Shown here piece after piece: positions 60,529-64,000 of a stretch of 64,000 nucleotides of DNA. The notes below the pieces were generated by a model that saw nothing but the letters and a program-made list of their open reading frames with translations, was not told where the DNA came from and did not search any database. The position numbers and the translations under genes are program-made. The stretch is taken from the NCBI RefSeq assembly GCF_036588685.1, contig NC_086378.1, forward strand, positions 31,496,001-31,560,000. Direction: 5' to 3'. This stretch comes from Mytilus trossulus. Lineage: Eukaryota. Positions within the stretch are counted from its first letter, which is position 1. Every line of letters begins with the position of its first letter.

Positions 60529-62906
60529 GTGTCTTATTTCTTATTGGGCAATTTTTGCTCAGTTTGAATTTGCATGGCATATGATGCCTGCAGAGATGCT
60601 TATACTGCCACCCACCAAGACTAACTGTGTTTTGAAATAACATTGGGTTAACTTTGTAATAAATGTAGATTTCTGAAATCAGATAGAATAAAAACCCTCT
60701 GGCATTTTGCATCAGTTTGTATTTTTCACCACATATTTTGAAAACAAAATTTGATATTTACCGGTACATTTAAGATTCACTATAAAATTAGAATGTCTTC
60801 TAAGGGAAATAGTTTAAGGGAGATAACTGACCTTGTTCATCATTTTTAATCAGAACTGATTTGTCTTTCTAAAATCTCAAAAGATTAATTGTTTATAACT
60901 TAATTGATTCTAAGATTGACTTGATGTTGGTTGTTAAAGAGGTCACACCTGTGTATTGTATGATGTTATTACAATATTTTAGATAATAAAATCATTTTTA
61001 TGTGTAGAGATGGTAATTTAATAATACCAACCAAGCAATGAAAAATGACTAAAATAAATTGCATGAAGTTTCATCATAGAATTTTATGAAATGAAAAATT
61101 AACACAGCAAAAAATGGAAAAGCTGGGTCCTATTCAGAAAAAAACAAGAAACCTGTCTTGAAGATGTATGACACAACTTCTTTGTTGTCGTGGAAATATT
61201 TTACAACAAAGAATAACAAACAATTTAGATGACTACATTGAAAGCTATTGCACAAAATGATAAAAGGACATTCTCTTGTATATTATATGCAATATTCCAC
61301 TGTCATTGGTTTTCTTCTTGTTTGAACTGAATGAGGATCACAAATTATGAACCATCTATACAGAGGCTGGCTTTTATAGTGGTAATAGCTCAGCAGTCAT
61401 CTAAATGTCAAGCATGCTCTTTATCCAAAATCATTATCAGAATTGATAACAACAGCCAATAAATACCATGGTTTCAGTTTTCAAAAGACTATCCACAAAC
61501 CATTGCATAAAAAATTAACAATTGAGTAACAGAAACTATATAATTTTACCCTTCAAGAGCACTTGATATCACCAAGTTTTTTTGGTGGGGTTCATTTTGC
61601 TCATTGATATAAGCCATTAAGGAGATGTGTTTTGAGTGCAAGTTAGACTACACTCCATCCAAGTAACAATTGCAAAAAGGTCAAAGTACCGTTTTCAACA
61701 TCAAGCCTTTATTTTTCTGTTGGATTTCCTAAACTTGTTTTTCCTTTGGTTGTTTTAAGTTTGTTGTCATGGTGTTGTCAGATTTAATTAACTTGGCAGT
61801 TTAAATAATTCTTTGGTATCCTTTCTTTTATCAAAAACTTCGGGTGAACTTGATTTCTGTGAAAGAGTAGCTGTTCCTGGTCCACTAATAGCAAAATCAT
61901 AATAGGTGGCCTAGAAAAGTTTAAAAAAAGGGTAAGAAATTTGTTAAGTAAATATGATGAAACAGTCCATACAAGTTCCTTGATGCCATGACTAAAGAGG
62001 AAAATTTCTACAGTTTGACAAAAGGGCCCCAACATTTTAAATTTAAAAAGAAAATCCAGATAATTGCCCCCTGAGTGCTATAACAACACCCCAATACTTT
62101 TAAGGGGTTTACACTTTTAGTTTTTGTCATGCCTCTGATTGGAAAATCAGAGAACACAAGGCTGTATAGTGATTACAACGATGTATATTTATAGTATAGA
62201 GCTTTATATTTCAGAAGCTAGACAACCTGGAAGCTTCATACCTTATAGGAACTTTTTTTCTGTCAGTTACATGTTCATTGTACTTAACCTCATTTGTATG
62301 GTTCAGTGGCTGCTTGAAAAAAAGTTTTAAGTTTTTTGTCACCTGAAATACTCACTCATTATGAGTAAAAGGAAAACATAATTTTTGTATATGGATCTGT
62401 GTAAGGTCTCAATGTCTGTAAAAAGTACAACAAAAAAATACGGACCTCCCAAGAAAAATTCAGAACGAACGAAAGGTCCCTTATTAAACAGCTATTACTG
62501 GTGATCAAACATACTAATGAAATCGAAAACTGTCGTATTTCTGACAGGCTTCACCTGACCTTGACCTCATTTCATTGATATAAAAAAGAAGATGTGTTAT
62601 GATTGCCAATGAGACTAACTCTCCACAAAAAACAAAATTCCATGAATTAACAAAAAAAAAAAAACCATTCCTTATAGTCGGCTATAAAAGGCCCTGACAT
62701 GACTTATATAAAACAATTCAAATGAGAAAACTAAAGGCCTAATTTATGAACAAAAAAACAAGTATGTAACACATCAACCAATGACAACCACTGAATTACA
62801 GGCTCCTGACTTGGGACAGACACATACATAAACGATGTGGCAGGGTTCAACTTGTCAGTCTGTCTTGTACTTTAAAAAGGTCAATAAAATTTGGTGAAAG
62901 TCTAAT

Positions 62907-63115
62907 TACTGTAAATTCAGAAATTAATGCGAGGTTTTTATTATTGCGAAAATGCGACTGAGTTGTAAACGCAATAATTTAAACTCGCATTTTGAAATAT
63001 TTTATCTGAATTTAACAGGATTTTTCTCAAAATCGTAAAAATTAAAATCGCATTTAAGCCTAAAATGACATAATCCCAATAATAAATGCACGCAATAATT
63101 TCTGAATTTACAGTA
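62907..63115. mobile_element. Tc1/mariner-type MITE
   Basis: TA|CTGTAAATTCAGAAATTA ... TAATTTCTGAATTTACAG|TA. Confidence 0.85.
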
Positions 63116-64000
63116 ACAGGTTTCATCTGACAGTGATTTTAATTCCATGGTTCATTGAAAAATGTTTAGATTGTGCGGTTTGGTATATTCTGTAAATACA
63201 TATAATAGGGTCACTATATTTGGTGTATGGATGGCAGAAAGGTGTAACTGTCTATCTTGCTAATGCTGGTTTCATTTCACCATTACATCATTTGTTTAGC
63301 AAGTGGTAAGTACTATAAGCAATAGGTCAGCAATATTTGCCGTTGGTGATGATTACAGATGTACATGTCTGTCTTGCAGGGTTCATTTGACCTATGACCT
63401 TACATTATGACCAAAAAAAAAAACAATAAGCAAGACATTAAACATGTGCACTCTTCCCTGGAATACTCATATAAAACCATTATCAAAAATTGTTGAAAAT
63501 AAAAACACAAACATGTACATTGTATATATTAATGTTAGTAATAAAGTTATGTTCAATAGTAATGAAAAAAAAATGATAAAATATAAAAAGTTTTTTTTTT
63601 TTTTTTTTTTTTTTTTTTGTATGGGTTAAATCAAGAAATGTGGTATTTGTATTTGATACAATCTGGTATTGTAAACAAAGTTCAATTTATATCATTACAC
63701 ATATCCGATATCATATAGTAATCTCAATAAAACTTCTAAAGTCGCTCCAGTCCACATATTTACTCTGTGTTTTAGTAAATGCCAAAATTATAGTAAAACG
63801 TATCCGAGAGAGAGATCGGACAAGCGCTTATAAATAAAAAGGTCAAGGTAGTTAAAAGGGGCGGACAATGCATTGATGCTGAACTGTGTTTCATTTTACA
63901 AAACAGATTTATTATACATTCAAATCAAGTGGACTATTTCATATGCTTCAAGCAAATTAAAGAAACAGTAGGTCCGTGAATCTGAAGGCTGCTAAAGAGT

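Noticed and set aside
61790-61911. Minus-strand exon-like segment after a good acceptor (ATYYDFAISGPG...)
   Set aside because: Runs into a dispersed repeat tail, has no donor, and no homology was recognised.

Overview
AT-rich, intron-containing animal genomic DNA. The repeat families look like a bivalve mollusc, most likely a Mytilus mussel (inferred from recognition, not a search). Manual splicing gives five protein genes, most only partly visible or absent in the ORF track. (1) A compact, diverged CSRNP-family gene (- strand, 224 aa) lies head-to-head with (2) MRPS17 (+, 127 aa). (3) POLR2C/RPB3 (-, 8 exons, 273 aa) lies head-to-head with (4) RPRD1B/CREPT-like (+, about 10 exons). (5) Nested antisense inside POLR2C intron 4 is an intact 3-coding-exon gene for a 302-aa protein that joins an N-terminal SOCS box to a NEK6/7-like pseudokinase domain; this is the most novel-looking item. 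The non-coding DNA holds decayed Penelope-like retroelements, hammerhead ribozymes (one intact minimal type I just downstream of POLR2C, plus retrozyme copies with mutated cores in introns), Helentron-type non-autonomous elements carrying satellite arrays, many MITEs and several minisatellites. One minisatellite multiplies a splice donor in RPRD1B. All gene models come from GT/AG and reading-frame inspection and recalled family motifs; no alignments were run.
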